NCBI RefSeq assembly: GCF_001457615.1
Contig: NZ_LN831024.1
Coordinates: 5,040,001-5,072,000 of the forward strand
Source: Pseudomonas aeruginosa
GTDB taxonomy: Bacteria; Pseudomonadota; Gammaproteobacteria; Pseudomonadales; Pseudomonadaceae
DNA length: 32,000 nucleotides
Direction: 5' to 3'
Shown here: in pieces, positions 1-10,143 of the stretch
Layout of the letters: every line of letters starts with the position of its first letter
Position numbering within the stretch: the first letter of the stretch is position 1
Notes under the pieces: generated by a model
The model's input: only the letters and a program-made list of their open reading frames with translations
What the model was told of the DNA's origin: nothing
Database searches by the model: none
Program-made: the position numbers and the translations under genes

Positions 1-68
1 AGGCTGTCCAGTTCCAGACCACCGGGGGCCAGCAATTGCTGGCTGACGGATGACAACAACTCGCTCAT
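1..68 (-). CDS. tldD: TldD-family metalloprotease, first 22 codons only (gene runs off the left edge)
   Basis: Reverse-strand ATG at 68-66 opens MSELLSSVSQQLLAPGGLELDS. This parallels the E. coli TldD N-terminus as I remember it (MSLNLVSEQLLAANGL). It lies downstream of yhdP, as in the mreBCD-yhdE-rng-yhdP-tldD synteny. Confidence 0.5.
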   Translation of the reverse strand, partial: MSELLSSVSQQLLAPGGLELDS

Positions 69-70
69 AT

Positions 71-918
71 TCACTCCGTACGCGCCGGCCGCGGTTCGGC
101 CGGCGGGAAAAATCGTCTGTGCGCCACCACCGGCATGCGCCGGCGGATATCCGCCTGTTCTGCGGCGTCGCGCACCGCCAGCAGCACCGCTTCGCCCTGC
201 GGCCGCTCGGCCAGGACCCGGCCCCAGGGATCGACGATGGCCGAATGGCCGAACGTCTCCCGGCCCCGTGGGTGAACGCCACCCTGTCCGGCCGCCAGCA
301 GGTAGCACTGGGTCTCGATGGCACGGGCGCGGACCAGTACCTGCCAGTGCGCCGCGCCGGTCACCGCGGTGAACGCCGACGGCGCCGTGATCAGTTCCGC
401 GCCGGCCTCGCGCAGGGCGGTATAGAGCTCCGGAAAACGCAGGTCGTAGCAGACCGTCAGGCCGAGGCGGCCGACCGGCGTATCCGCCACCACGATCTTC
501 TGACCGAAAGCATAGTCGTCGGATTCACGATAGCGGCCCCGCGCATCGGCTACATCCACATCGAACAGGTGCAGCTTGTCGTAGCGGGCGACCCGCTCTC
601 CGTGCTCGTCGATCAGCAGCGAACAGGCATTCGCCTTCGCCTCGGGTTGCCCATCCGGCGGCAGCGGCAACGTTCCGGCGACTATCCACAACCTGAGGTC
701 GCGAGCGGCGGAATTCAACCACGGCAGGATAGGCCCGTTCCCCGCGCCTCGGCGCGCCCCAGTTCGGCCAGGTCGCGCCGGCCCATGGCGGCGAAGTTTT
801 CCGGTAGCACGGCGAGCCGCGCCCCGCCCTCGGCGGCCTGTTCCAGCAGGCGACGGGCGGCGGCCAGGTTGGCCGTCACGTCGTCCTGGCTGACCATCTG
901 GATCACGGCAATGGACAT
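71..918 (-). pseudogene. Carbon-nitrogen hydrolase (nitrilase superfamily, Nit/omega-amidase-like) split by a 1-nt frameshift
   Basis: ATG at 918-916 is preceded by AAGGAGGAAACC. The N-terminal frame reads MSIAVIQMVSQDD...LAVLPENF (catalytic Glu) and stops at 717-715. A second frame (718->71) continues with ...NGPILPWLNSAARDLRLWIVAG...RYDKLHLFD (Lys)...LTVCYDLRFPE (Cys). The span 71-918 is 848 nt (3n-1). The frames switch at about 737-743, at a G4 run (743-740 on the coding strand). Confidence 0.8.
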
Positions 919-967
919 GGTTTCCTCCTTGCGGACGAAAGCGCCGCGTCGCGGCACCGGGCGCCGC

Positions 968-3900
968 TCAGCGGGGCTTCTCGAATGGCTTGTCGAAGCT
1001 GATCTTCGGATCCTGCCAGGGGCCCTTGACGCTGTATTGCACGCTGGCGAAGCGCGAGACCCGGTCGCCGAGCAGCTTGTCGACGACGAAGACCGCGCCG
1101 CCGACTGCCGGACCGCCGACTATCAGTGCCGCCAGGGTCAGGTTGTTGGTCAATGGCAAGGTCACCAGCAGCTTGGCGTCGATCCGATCGTGAGCCAGGT
1201 CCAGGGTACCGTTCAACTCCAGGTTGCTCGACGGCCCTTCCAGCTTCAGCGGCTCGCGGGTGACGTAGACGCCGTCGGTGGCGGAGAGAACCCCCTTCAC
1301 CCGGTCATAGCTCAGTCCCTTGCCGAGGATGTCCGAGAAATCCAGGCGCAGCCGGCGGTTGATCGCGTTGAAATTGAGCAGGCCAAACACTCGCAGCGCC
1401 TGGGCGCTGCCTTCGACCTCGACGAACTGCCCCTTGCGCAGCGATGCATCCATGCTGCCGCTGAAGCGCTTCAGGGCCATGTAGGCCGGCGATCCCGGCC
1501 ACTGGCCGTTGATATCCATGCGGAAACGTTCGCTGGTGGCACTCGGCGCGAAATTCCAGGCCTTGAGCACATCCGCCAGGTTCTTGCCCTCGATCCGGCC
1601 CTGATAGGTGCTGCGGGTATTGCCCGGACTGCCGTCCCAACGCAGGCTGCCGTTGACGTGCAGGCCACGCAGGTCGAGGTCCAGGTCGTTGAACGCCACG
1701 CCGTTGCTGCCCGGCCGTACCTTCAGGCTCCAGGCGCCCAGCGGCTGGCCGCCGAGGGCGACCTGGCCGATCTTCACGTCTACCGCCGGCAGGCTGCGCG
1801 GATCGACGGCGGCCAGCGGGTCCGAGTCCTCCACCTTGTTCTCGTCGGGAAGGGTCGACTTCGGCAGGTTCAGGCGGTCCAGATCGACCACGATCGGCGC
1901 GCCCCTGGCATCCGGCAGGACCAGGCGCCCCGATGCGAGGTCGCTGACCAGCACCAGTTGCCAGGCCCGCTCCTGGCGGGCCAGGTCGACGGTCAGGTTC
2001 TTCAGCTCCTGGCCGAAGCCCTTGAAGCTGTCGATGCGCAGGTCGGCGCCGCGCAGCAGGCCCGCAGCGCTACTGGCGGCCTGGTCGCCGTTGCCGTAGC
2101 GCTTCAGGGTGGCCTGCCAGGCGTCCCAGTCCAGTTCCGCCAGACGCCCGCGCACCCGCAGCCCCTGTGCCGAGGGCAGCAACGCCGGGTCACCGCCCAG
2201 GCGCAGGGCGCCGCGTCCGTTCAGCGGCTTGTCCGCCGGGGCCGCATAGGCCAGGCTGGCGAGGCCGTCGTAACGCGCCCAGTAACGTCGTTCGGCGCCA
2301 TCCAGGGTCATCCGCCATTGGGTCGGCCGCGCCTGGGCGGCCGTCTTGCCGAACGGCGCCGGCAGGTCGACGACGGCGCCCTTGAGATCCGAATCGATCT
2401 GCAATTGGCTGTCCTTGCCATCCAGCAGCAGGTTGAGCTGGAACGGCAGGCGTCCCGAGACCGGCAACGGACGCTGGCCAGCGCCGAGCCAGTCGCTCAG
2501 CGACTTGACCGCCACCTGGCCGTTGAGCAGCAAGCGCGTGCGCGCATCGCCGCGCCCCTCGGCGACGATCCGCCCGCGTACCTCGTTGCCCAGCACCCGG
2601 GCCTGCACCGCCGGGGCGCTCAGGCCCTTGGCCAGGTCGAACCGGAAGTCGCCCTTCACTTCGCTCATATCCAGCTTCGGACTGGGCATCTTCAGGGTCG
2701 CGCCCACGGTGGAGAAATCCACGACCACCCCGGTCTTGCCGGCCTCGTCGTGGTCCAGCGGAATATCCAGCTTCAGGTGGCCCTGCAAGGGCCCATCGCC
2801 CTCCCAGCCGGCGAAGATCTTGCGGGTCGGGATCGGCGCTTCCTGGAGCAGCTTGATGCCGTCCTTCAGGTTACTGTCGACGGCCCCATCCACATACAGG
2901 TGCGGCGTCTGTCCCGGACGGCCGAGGGGAATGTCGACCTTGACGTCGCTGACCCGGGAATTCAGCAGATTCCCGCTGGAGGCCAGCACGCGGACTCCGG
3001 AATCCTCGACGAACACCTCGCCGACCGTTTTGCTCAAGGCGGGCCAGCCGGGCTGGTAGGCCAGCTCGCCGTCGCGGACCTTGAAGTAGAGGTTCATGAC
3101 GTGGGCTTCGGCCGCCGCGCCGCGGTTCAGCGAGCCCTGCCACTGGAAGTAGCCCTGCTCGACATGGCCACTGCGGATCGCCGTCTTCAACCAGTTCGCC
3201 AGGCTTTTGTTCATTCCCGGCAACTGGGTCGGCAGGTACTTGGCGGTGAAGCGCGCGTCGCCGTCGCTGAGGCCGACCTGCAGGTCCATGTAGTCTTCAG
3301 CGCCGGGATCGCGCATCAGGCGGATCAGCATGTCGCCGGCCAGGCTGCCCTCCTCGCCCTCGACCCGCATCAGGTGGCTGCCGAGGGTGAAGGCGCGGTC
3401 GTCCAGGCTCCAGAACATCCGCGTGCGAGCCTCGCGGTAGCGCCACGGCTCGGGAAATACCTTGGCCAGGTGCAGCATGAAATCCTGCGCCGATGCGTCG
3501 AGCTGGCCTCCGGCCAGGGTGCCGGTCAAGGTGCCGCTGACGTTTTCCACCGCCGGGACCTCATGGAACGCCGAGATACCGACCTTTTCCAGGTTGGTTG
3601 CGTAGCTGACCCGCTCGGGCACCTCTCGCTGCGGCCAGAAATCGGCGTTCAGGTTGTGCAGGATGCCCTTCGGCTTCAGGCCCGCCACCCACTCCGCCGC
3701 CGCGTCCGGCAGCGGCGCCAGCGCTTCTATCGCCGGCACCAGGGGCGTCAGGTCGACGCGGTCGGCCTGCAGCTTCCAGTGTGGCTCGTTGTTCTGCTGG
3801 TCGCGACGCAACAGTAACTCCACCTCGCCCCAGCGCTGCTCGCCGAAATTCGCCGCCAGGTCGCCGACCCGAACCTTCCAGCCCTGCGCTTCGCGATCGA

Positions 3901-4807
3901 AGAACAGGTTCATGCCCAGGTCGTTGATTTCCACCGGCTTGCGCGCGGCATACGACGCCTTCAACTGCGGCGCCAGCAGCCGTGCCACCAGCCGTTGCGC
4001 CTTGCCGTCGCGCCAGTCGAACCAGAAGTCGCCGCCGGCCTTGGCCCGGACGATCGTCCATTCCTGGGTCAGACCGGCCGGCAACCATTGTGCCCAGTCG
4101 CTCTGCGGCAGGCTGAGATAGAACCTGGCGCTGCTGCGCGGCCAGTCCTCACTGTCGATCCGCCCTTCGGCGTGCAGCGCCAGGGGTTGGCCATCCGGCA
4201 GTTGCAGGCGGGCATCGAGACTCTGCCCACCAACCGATGAACTGCGCAGGGTCGCGCCGACCGCGCTGAGCGACAACGCTGCGCTTCCCCGCGGCGCCAC
4301 CTCCAGTTGACTGTCCAGCAGCGAGATGCGTTGGGTCTGCAGCAGGAATTGCAGGAGTTTCCGGGGATCGCTGGGCTTGTCACTGTGCGGCAGGCCATCC
4401 AGGCTCCACTGGCCATCCTCGCCTTCGCGCAGGGTCAGCTTGAGTCCCTCCAGCTCCAGGCTGCCGATCCGCACCTGGCGCGCCAGCAGGCTGCCGAGCA
4501 GGTCCGGCGCCAGCCGCACCCGCGCCAGGCGCAGACTCTGTTCGCCGTCGCCGACCTGAATGTCGCGCGCTACCACCAGAGGCTCGAAGCCGCGCCAGGA
4601 GCCCGTCAGCTCGGCAATCCGCACCGGTATGCCGAGTTGCTTGCCAGCTTCGTCCTCCAGCTGCTGGCGGTATTCGGCCACCAGCGGCACCAGTTGCCGG
4701 CCAAGGCTGACGTACAGCGCCAGCAGCACCAGTACCAGGGCGCACAGACCCAGGACGATCCGTAGCAGTCGCGTTCCGAGGCTTCCCACATCCGCCATTT
4801 CAGCCAT
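968..4807 (-). CDS. yhdP: YhdP-like AsmA-family envelope protein (inner-membrane anchored, periplasm-spanning; implicated in phospholipid transport to the outer membrane)
   Basis: 1279-aa ORF with an N-terminal TM helix (LLRIVLGLCALVLVLLALYVSL), a long beta-rich body and a C-terminal ...SVQYSVKGPWQDPKISF tail typical of YhdP/DUF3971 proteins. It lies immediately downstream of rng, as in enterobacteria. An alternative ATG exists at 4798. Confidence 0.85.
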   Translation of the reverse strand: MAEMADVGSLGTRLLRIVLGLCALVLVLLALYVSLGRQLVPLVAEYRQQLEDEAGKQLGIPVRIAELTGSWRGFEPLVVARDIQVGDGEQSLRLARVRLAPDLLGSLLARQVRIGSLELEGLKLTLREGEDGQWSLDGLPHSDKPSDPRKLLQFLLQTQRISLLDSQLEVAPRGSAALSLSAVGATLRSSSVGGQSLDARLQLPDGQPLALHAEGRIDSEDWPRSSARFYLSLPQSDWAQWLPAGLTQEWTIVRAKAGGDFWFDWRDGKAQRLVARLLAPQLKASYAARKPVEINDLGMNLFFDREAQGWKVRVGDLAANFGEQRWGEVELLLRRDQQNNEPHWKLQADRVDLTPLVPAIEALAPLPDAAAEWVAGLKPKGILHNLNADFWPQREVPERVSYATNLEKVGISAFHEVPAVENVSGTLTGTLAGGQLDASAQDFMLHLAKVFPEPWRYREARTRMFWSLDDRAFTLGSHLMRVEGEEGSLAGDMLIRLMRDPGAEDYMDLQVGLSDGDARFTAKYLPTQLPGMNKSLANWLKTAIRSGHVEQGYFQWQGSLNRGAAAEAHVMNLYFKVRDGELAYQPGWPALSKTVGEVFVEDSGVRVLASSGNLLNSRVSDVKVDIPLGRPGQTPHLYVDGAVDSNLKDGIKLLQEAPIPTRKIFAGWEGDGPLQGHLKLDIPLDHDEAGKTGVVVDFSTVGATLKMPSPKLDMSEVKGDFRFDLAKGLSAPAVQARVLGNEVRGRIVAEGRGDARTRLLLNGQVAVKSLSDWLGAGQRPLPVSGRLPFQLNLLLDGKDSQLQIDSDLKGAVVDLPAPFGKTAAQARPTQWRMTLDGAERRYWARYDGLASLAYAAPADKPLNGRGALRLGGDPALLPSAQGLRVRGRLAELDWDAWQATLKRYGNGDQAASSAAGLLRGADLRIDSFKGFGQELKNLTVDLARQERAWQLVLVSDLASGRLVLPDARGAPIVVDLDRLNLPKSTLPDENKVEDSDPLAAVDPRSLPAVDVKIGQVALGGQPLGAWSLKVRPGSNGVAFNDLDLDLRGLHVNGSLRWDGSPGNTRSTYQGRIEGKNLADVLKAWNFAPSATSERFRMDINGQWPGSPAYMALKRFSGSMDASLRKGQFVEVEGSAQALRVFGLLNFNAINRRLRLDFSDILGKGLSYDRVKGVLSATDGVYVTREPLKLEGPSSNLELNGTLDLAHDRIDAKLLVTLPLTNNLTLAALIVGGPAVGGAVFVVDKLLGDRVSRFASVQYSVKGPWQDPKISFDKPFEKPR

Positions 4808-4812
4808 ACGCC

Positions 4813-6270
4813 TCAGAGCAGGACCACGTCATATTGCTCCTGCGAGTACATCGCCTCGACCTGGAACTTGATGGTGCGGCCGATGAACGCCTCGAGATCG
4901 GCGACGTTACCCGACTCCTCGTCGAGCAGCCGGTCCACCACCTTCTGGTTGGCCAGCACCAAGTAGGAGTCGGCCTGGTAGGCACGCGCCTCGCGGAGGA
5001 TCTCACGGAAAATCTCGTAGCAGGTGGTTTCCGCAGTCTTCAGCATGCCGCGTCCCTGGCAGCAGGGGCACGGCTCGCAGAGGATCTGCACCAGGCTTTC
5101 GCGGGTGCGCTTGCGGGTCATCTGCACCAGGCCCAACTCGGTGATGCCGATGATGTTGGTCTTCGCGTGGTCGCGCTCCAGTTGCTTCTCCAGGGTGCGC
5201 AGGACCTGCCGGCGATGCTCCTCGTCCTCCATGTCGATGAAGTCGATGATGATGATCCCGCCCAGGTTGCGCAGGCGCAGCTGGCGGGCGATCGCGGTGG
5301 CCGCCTCGAGGTTGGTCTTGAAGATGGTTTCCTCGAGGTTGCGATGGCCGACGAAGGCGCCGGTGTTCACGTCGATGGTGGTCATCGCCTCGGTCGGATC
5401 GACGATCAGGTAGCCGCCGGACTTCAGCAGTACCTTGCGCTCCAGGGCTTTCTGGATTTCGTCCTCGACGCCGTAGAGATCGAAGATCGGTCGCTCGCCC
5501 GGGTAGTGTTCGAGGCGATCGGAAATCTCCGGCATCAATTCTTCGACGAAGGAAGTGATCTTCTGGAAGTTCTCTCGCGAGTCGATGCGGATCTTCTCGA
5601 TCCGCGGGTTCACCAGGTCGCGCAGGGTACGGATCGCCAGGGACAGGTCTTCGTAGATCACCGAAGGCGCGCCGACGGTCTGGATCTGCGCGGCGATCTG
5701 GTCCCATAGCCGGCGAAGGTAGCGGATGTCGGCGAGAATCTCGTCCTCGCCCGCGCCTTCCGCGGCGGTGCGCAGGATGAAGCCGCCCTGCCCCTCGATG
5801 CCTTCCGCCGCCACGCAGTCGGCCACCACCTTCTTCAGGCGCTCGCGCTCGACTTCGTCCTCGATCCGCAGGGATATCCCGACATGACTGGTGCGCGGCA
5901 TGTACACCAGATAGCGCGAAGGAATCGACAGGTGGGTGGTCAGCCGTGCGCCCTTGGTGCCGATCGGATCCTTGGTCACCTGCACCACCAGCGCCTGCCC
6001 CTCATGGACCAGGGCACTGATGCTTTCCACGGCACTGCCTTCGCGATTGGATATCTCGGCGGCATGGATGAACGCCGCACGTTCCAGGCCGATGTCGACG
6101 AACGCCGCCTGCATCCCCGGCAGTACCCGTACCACCCGCCCCTTGTAGATATTGCCGACGATGCCGCGCCGCTGGGTGCGTTCGACATGCACTTCCTGCA
6201 GGACGCCGTTTTCCACCACCGCCACGCGCGACTCCATCGGCGTGATATTGATCAGGATCTCTTCGCTCAT
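4813..6270 (-). CDS. rng: Ribonuclease G
   Basis: 485 aa. Starts MSEEILINITPMESRVAVVENGVLQEVHVER..GNIYKGRVVRVLPGMQAAFVDIG (S1 domain followed by the RNase E/G catalytic core). AAGGA lies upstream of the ATG at 6270. Sits in the maf-rng-yhdP synteny. Confidence 0.95.
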   Translation of the reverse strand: MSEEILINITPMESRVAVVENGVLQEVHVERTQRRGIVGNIYKGRVVRVLPGMQAAFVDIGLERAAFIHAAEISNREGSAVESISALVHEGQALVVQVTKDPIGTKGARLTTHLSIPSRYLVYMPRTSHVGISLRIEDEVERERLKKVVADCVAAEGIEGQGGFILRTAAEGAGEDEILADIRYLRRLWDQIAAQIQTVGAPSVIYEDLSLAIRTLRDLVNPRIEKIRIDSRENFQKITSFVEELMPEISDRLEHYPGERPIFDLYGVEDEIQKALERKVLLKSGGYLIVDPTEAMTTIDVNTGAFVGHRNLEETIFKTNLEAATAIARQLRLRNLGGIIIIDFIDMEDEEHRRQVLRTLEKQLERDHAKTNIIGITELGLVQMTRKRTRESLVQILCEPCPCCQGRGMLKTAETTCYEIFREILREARAYQADSYLVLANQKVVDRLLDEESGNVADLEAFIGRTIKFQVEAMYSQEQYDVVLL

Positions 6271-6303
6271 GCGTCCACTGTCCTTATTTCGGCGCGTTAG
6301 GCG

Positions 6304-6909
6304 TTACGGCGGGTTGCCACCCACGGGCTGCCAGCAAGGGATGCCGAATTCCCTCAACAGTTCCGCAGTTTCACACAAAGGCAGCCCGACCACCGCACTG
6401 TAACTGCCTTCGATGCGGCTGACGAATATCGCTCCGAGGCCCTGGATCGCATATCCGCCCGCCTTGTCCGCCGGCTCGCCGCTCTGCCAGTAGCGCAGCG
6501 CTTCTTCCGGGGCGACCTGGCGGAAGCGCACCCGGCACTCCACTACCCGCGCCTCGACGCCGCCAGCGGCGGCCAGGGCCACGGCGGTGAGAACCTGGTG
6601 TTCGCGCCCGGACAGCGCAGCCAGCATGGCCAGCCCCTCGGCCTGGTCCACGGGCTTGCCGAGAATTCGCCCGTCGATCACCACCGAGGTATCCGCGCCC
6701 AGGACATAACCGTCCTCGCCGCGCCCTTCCAGCATAGCCAGCCCGGCGGCCGCCTTGCCGCGCGCCAGGCGCTCGACGTAGGCGGCGGGCGCTTCGTTCG
6801 GCAAGGGGGACTCGTCGATAGCGGTGGCGAGCACGGACAGCGGAACGCCGATCTGGGTCAGCAGTTCACGGCGACGGGGCGAGGCGGAGGCGAGATACAG
6901 CGACGGCAT
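6304..6909 (-). CDS. maf: Maf/YhdE-type nucleoside triphosphate pyrophosphatase (septum-formation inhibitor family)
   Basis: 201 aa. Carries [17 protein letters not shown]... and ...KAGGYAIQG, the Maf-family hallmarks. Located between mreD and rng. Confidence 0.9.
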   Translation of the reverse strand: MPSLYLASASPRRRELLTQIGVPLSVLATAIDESPLPNEAPAAYVERLARGKAAAGLAMLEGRGEDGYVLGADTSVVIDGRILGKPVDQAEGLAMLAALSGREHQVLTAVALAAAGGVEARVVECRVRFRQVAPEEALRYWQSGEPADKAGGYAIQGLGAIFVSRIEGSYSAVVGLPLCETAELLREFGIPCWQPVGGNPP

Positions 6910-6970
6910 GGAGGCTCCCGGGAAACGCGTCGGGCGATGCGCCGATCACCCGTTTCGAAGAATGACGTAT

Positions 6971-6995
6971 CCGCCGCAGCATAGCTGCGAAGCGG
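6971..6995 (-). terminator. Candidate hairpin just after the mreD stop (weak terminator or attenuator between mreBCD and maf-rng)
   Basis: CCGC-CGCAGC-ATA-GCTGCG-AA-GCGG forms a 10-bp stem with a 2-nt bulge and starts 2 nt downstream of the mreD stop. The downstream minus-strand sequence AUACGUCAUUCUUCG is only weakly U-rich. Confidence 0.3.
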
Positions 6996-6997
6996 AC

Positions 6998-7492
6998 CTA
7001 CCTCACGTTGAGACGCAGGCGGACGAACTGCAGCAGGGCGTACACCCAGGGCCAGAGCAGCGCGCTGACCAGGGCCGGAAGCAGGAAGGTCAGGGTCGGC
7101 GGGCGATTGCCGGTCAGGGCGTTGAGCCAGAGCTGGAGCAGTTGCGCCAGGCCGTAGACCACCACCAGCACCAGGCACTGCTGCCAGGCCGGGAACATGC
7201 GCAGGCGCTGGTGCAGGGACAGCACGAGGAAGGTGATCAGGCCGAGGATCAGCGCGTTCTGCCCGAGCAGGTTGCCGTAGAGCACGTCCTGGGCCAGGCC
7301 GAGCAGCCAGGCGGTGACCATCCCGACGCGCTCGGGCAGCAGCAACACCCAGTAGGTCAGCAGCATCGCCAGCCACAGCGGGCGGCCGATCTCGGTGAAG
7401 GTAGGCATCGGCGCTACGGCCAGCACCAGCCCGACCAGCAGGCTCAGCCAGATCACCCAGACATTGTTCGAACCCTGGGTCGCGCGAGCCAT
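6998..7492 (-). CDS. mreD: Rod shape-determining protein MreD
   Basis: 164-aa polytopic hydrophobic protein. Its ATG overlaps the mreC stop by 1 nt (TGATG at 7494-7490). mreB-mreC-mreD order. Confidence 0.9.
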   Translation of the reverse strand: MARATQGSNNVWVIWLSLLVGLVLAVAPMPTFTEIGRPLWLAMLLTYWVLLLPERVGMVTAWLLGLAQDVLYGNLLGQNALILGLITFLVLSLHQRLRMFPAWQQCLVLVVVYGLAQLLQLWLNALTGNRPPTLTFLLPALVSALLWPWVYALLQFVRLRLNVR

Positions 7493-8532
7493 CAGCGGCG
7501 CCCCCCGTTGGCCGCCGGAGCGGCAGGCTGCGTGGGAGCTGGCGCGGGCGCGGCGGCGGGCTGCTGCGCAGCGCCCTGGGCTGCCGGGGTGGCCGGCGAC
7601 GGCGCGGCGGCCGGTTGCGCGGCAGGCTGGGGCGCCTGGGCGCCGGCGGCGGCTTTCTTGTCCGCCTCTTCCTGGGCCTCGGCGGCGTCGTTGGCGCGCT
7701 GTTCCGGGGTGCGACTGTCGCTGAACACCAGCAGCACGTAGCGGCTACGGTTCATCTTCGCGGTCGGCACCGCGCGCACCACGGCGAACGGCTGGCCGGA
7801 ATCGTGGATCACTTCCTTGACCGTGGCCACCGGATAGCCGGCGGGGAAGCGTTGCCCCAGGCCGGAGCTGACCAGTAGGTCGCCTTCCTTGATGTCGGCG
7901 GTGTCGGCGACGTAGCGCAATTCCAGACGCTCGGGATTGCCGGTACCGACGGCGATGGCGCGCAGGCCGTTGCGATTGACCTGCACCGGGATACTGTGGG
8001 TGGTGTCGGTGAGCAGCAGGACCCGCGCGGTATAGGGCATCACCTCGACCACCTGGCCCATCAGGCCGCTGGCATCGAGCACCGGCTGGCCGACGAAGAC
8101 GCCGTCGTTCTCGCCCTTGTCGATCATGATGCGTTGGGTGAAGGGGTTCGGATCGACGCCGATCAGCTCGCTGACCAGTACCTTGTCGTCGACCAGCGCG
8201 GCGGAATTGAGCAGCTCGCGCAGGCGCACGTTCTGCTCGGTGAGCGCGGCGAGTTTCTGCACCCGGCGCTGCATCAGCAGGGACTCGGCCTTGAGGCGTT
8301 CGTTCTCGGCGATCAGCTCGCTACGGCTGCTGAACTGGTCGCGCACGCCTTCCCAGGCGCGCACCGGCATTTCCGCCAGGCCGTAGAAAGGCGTGAGCAC
8401 CATCCCCAGCTTGCTACGGACGGGCTCCAGATAGTCGAACCGGGCGTCCACCACCATCAGGCTGACCGACAGCACGGCCAGCACCAACAGGCGAACGCCC
8501 AGCGACGGGCCTTTGGAGAATAGCGGTTTGAT
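7492..8532 (-). CDS. mreC: Rod shape-determining protein MreC (start proposed at a non-canonical ATC at 8532; conservative TTG start at 8487)
   Basis: The frame is open from an in-frame TAG (8544-8542). The codons from 8532 encode (I)KPLFSKGPSLGVRLLVLAVL, which parallels the E. coli MreC N-terminus MKPIFSRGPSLQIRLILAVL. AGGAG (8543-8539) lies 6 nt before ATC 8532. No ATG or GTG occurs upstream of TTG 8487. The body has a coiled coil plus beta domains, and the C-terminal 72 aa form an Ala/Pro/Gln-rich tail. Confidence 0.85.
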   Translation of the reverse strand: MKPLFSKGPSLGVRLLVLAVLSVSLMVVDARFDYLEPVRSKLGMVLTPFYGLAEMPVRAWEGVRDQFSSRSELIAENERLKAESLLMQRRVQKLAALTEQNVRLRELLNSAALVDDKVLVSELIGVDPNPFTQRIMIDKGENDGVFVGQPVLDASGLMGQVVEVMPYTARVLLLTDTTHSIPVQVNRNGLRAIAVGTGNPERLELRYVADTADIKEGDLLVSSGLGQRFPAGYPVATVKEVIHDSGQPFAVVRAVPTAKMNRSRYVLLVFSDSRTPEQRANDAAEAQEEADKKAAAGAQAPQPAAQPAAAPSPATPAAQGAAQQPAAAPAPAPTQPAAPAANGGRR

Positions 8533-8563
8533 GATCCGCTCCTAGGCGACGATGCTCGCCACC

Positions 8564-9613
<1,050 letters not shown>

Positions 9614-9632
9614 CTAGGCGAAGCGTGGGTGA

Positions 9633-9660
9633 AAAATACGCGGGTAAAAAAGTGCGGCAA
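9633..9660 (-). promoter_or_regulatory. Candidate sigma-70 promoter for mreB
   Basis: On the minus strand: TTGCCG (9660-9655), a 16-nt spacer, then TATTTT (9638-9633). It sits in the AT-richer 239-bp divergent mreB/gatC spacer. Pattern match only. Confidence 0.25.
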
Positions 9661-9681
9661 ACTCTAACAACGACGGGGATT

Positions 9682-9709
9682 TTGGGCAAGGCGGGCAATA
9701 TGCTAAATT
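9682..9709 (+). promoter_or_regulatory. Candidate sigma-70 promoter for gatCAB
   Basis: TTGGGC (9682-9687), a 16-nt spacer, then TAAATT (9704-9709). This would give a leader of about 125 nt before the gatC ATG. Pattern match only. Confidence 0.25.
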
Positions 9710-9840
9710 GCAGGCTTTTCCCGGCCCCACAAGGCCCGTCCAGGCGGAATTAGACCGCCGACCGCGGCATCCGTTCCCTGCCTTATATAACGCATGGCGC
9801 CCCGCCGCCCTTCCAAGGCCGCTTTTGCTGGAGACTCCCG

Positions 9841-10131
9841 ATGGCGCTTGAACGCTCCGACGTGGAAAAAATCGCCCATCTCGCCCGCCTGGGCCTGAGC
9901 GAGGCCGATCTTCCGCGCACCACCGAGACCCTGAACAACATCCTCGGCCTGATCGACCAGATGCAGGCGGTCGACACCAGCGGCGTCGAACCGCTCGCCC
10001 ATCCGCTGGAAGCCACCCAGCGCCTGCGCCCGGACGCGGTCACCGAGACCGATCACCGCGACGCCTACCAGACCATCGCCCCCGCCGTGGAAGAAGGTCT
10101 GTACCTGGTTCCGAAAGTCATCGAGTCATAA
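9841..10131 (+). CDS. gatC: Glu/Asp-tRNA amidotransferase subunit C
   Basis: 96 aa. Starts [24 protein letters not shown].... GGAG lies 7 nt upstream. Followed by gatA after 12 nt. Confidence 0.95.
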   Translation: MALERSDVEKIAHLARLGLSEADLPRTTETLNNILGLIDQMQAVDTSGVEPLAHPLEATQRLRPDAVTETDHRDAYQTIAPAVEEGLYLVPKVIES

Positions 10132-10143
10132 GGACGCGGACAC

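Noticed and set aside
50-3817. 1255-aa plus-strand ORF, the second-longest in the track
   Set aside because: It is antisense to the C-N hydrolase and yhdP. The composition is extreme Arg/Ala/Gly/Gln with no recognisable domain, TM segment or RBS. The minus-strand frame encodes a recognisable YhdP-like protein. Long stop-free antisense frames are expected at this GC content.
7495-7710. Apparent tandem repetition (GCGGCAGGCTG... recurring) at the 3' end of mreC
   Set aside because: It encodes the Ala/Pro/Gln-rich disordered C-terminal tail of MreC (72 aa). This is low-complexity coding sequence rather than a discrete DNA repeat or mobile element, and as I recall similar tails occur in other MreC proteins.
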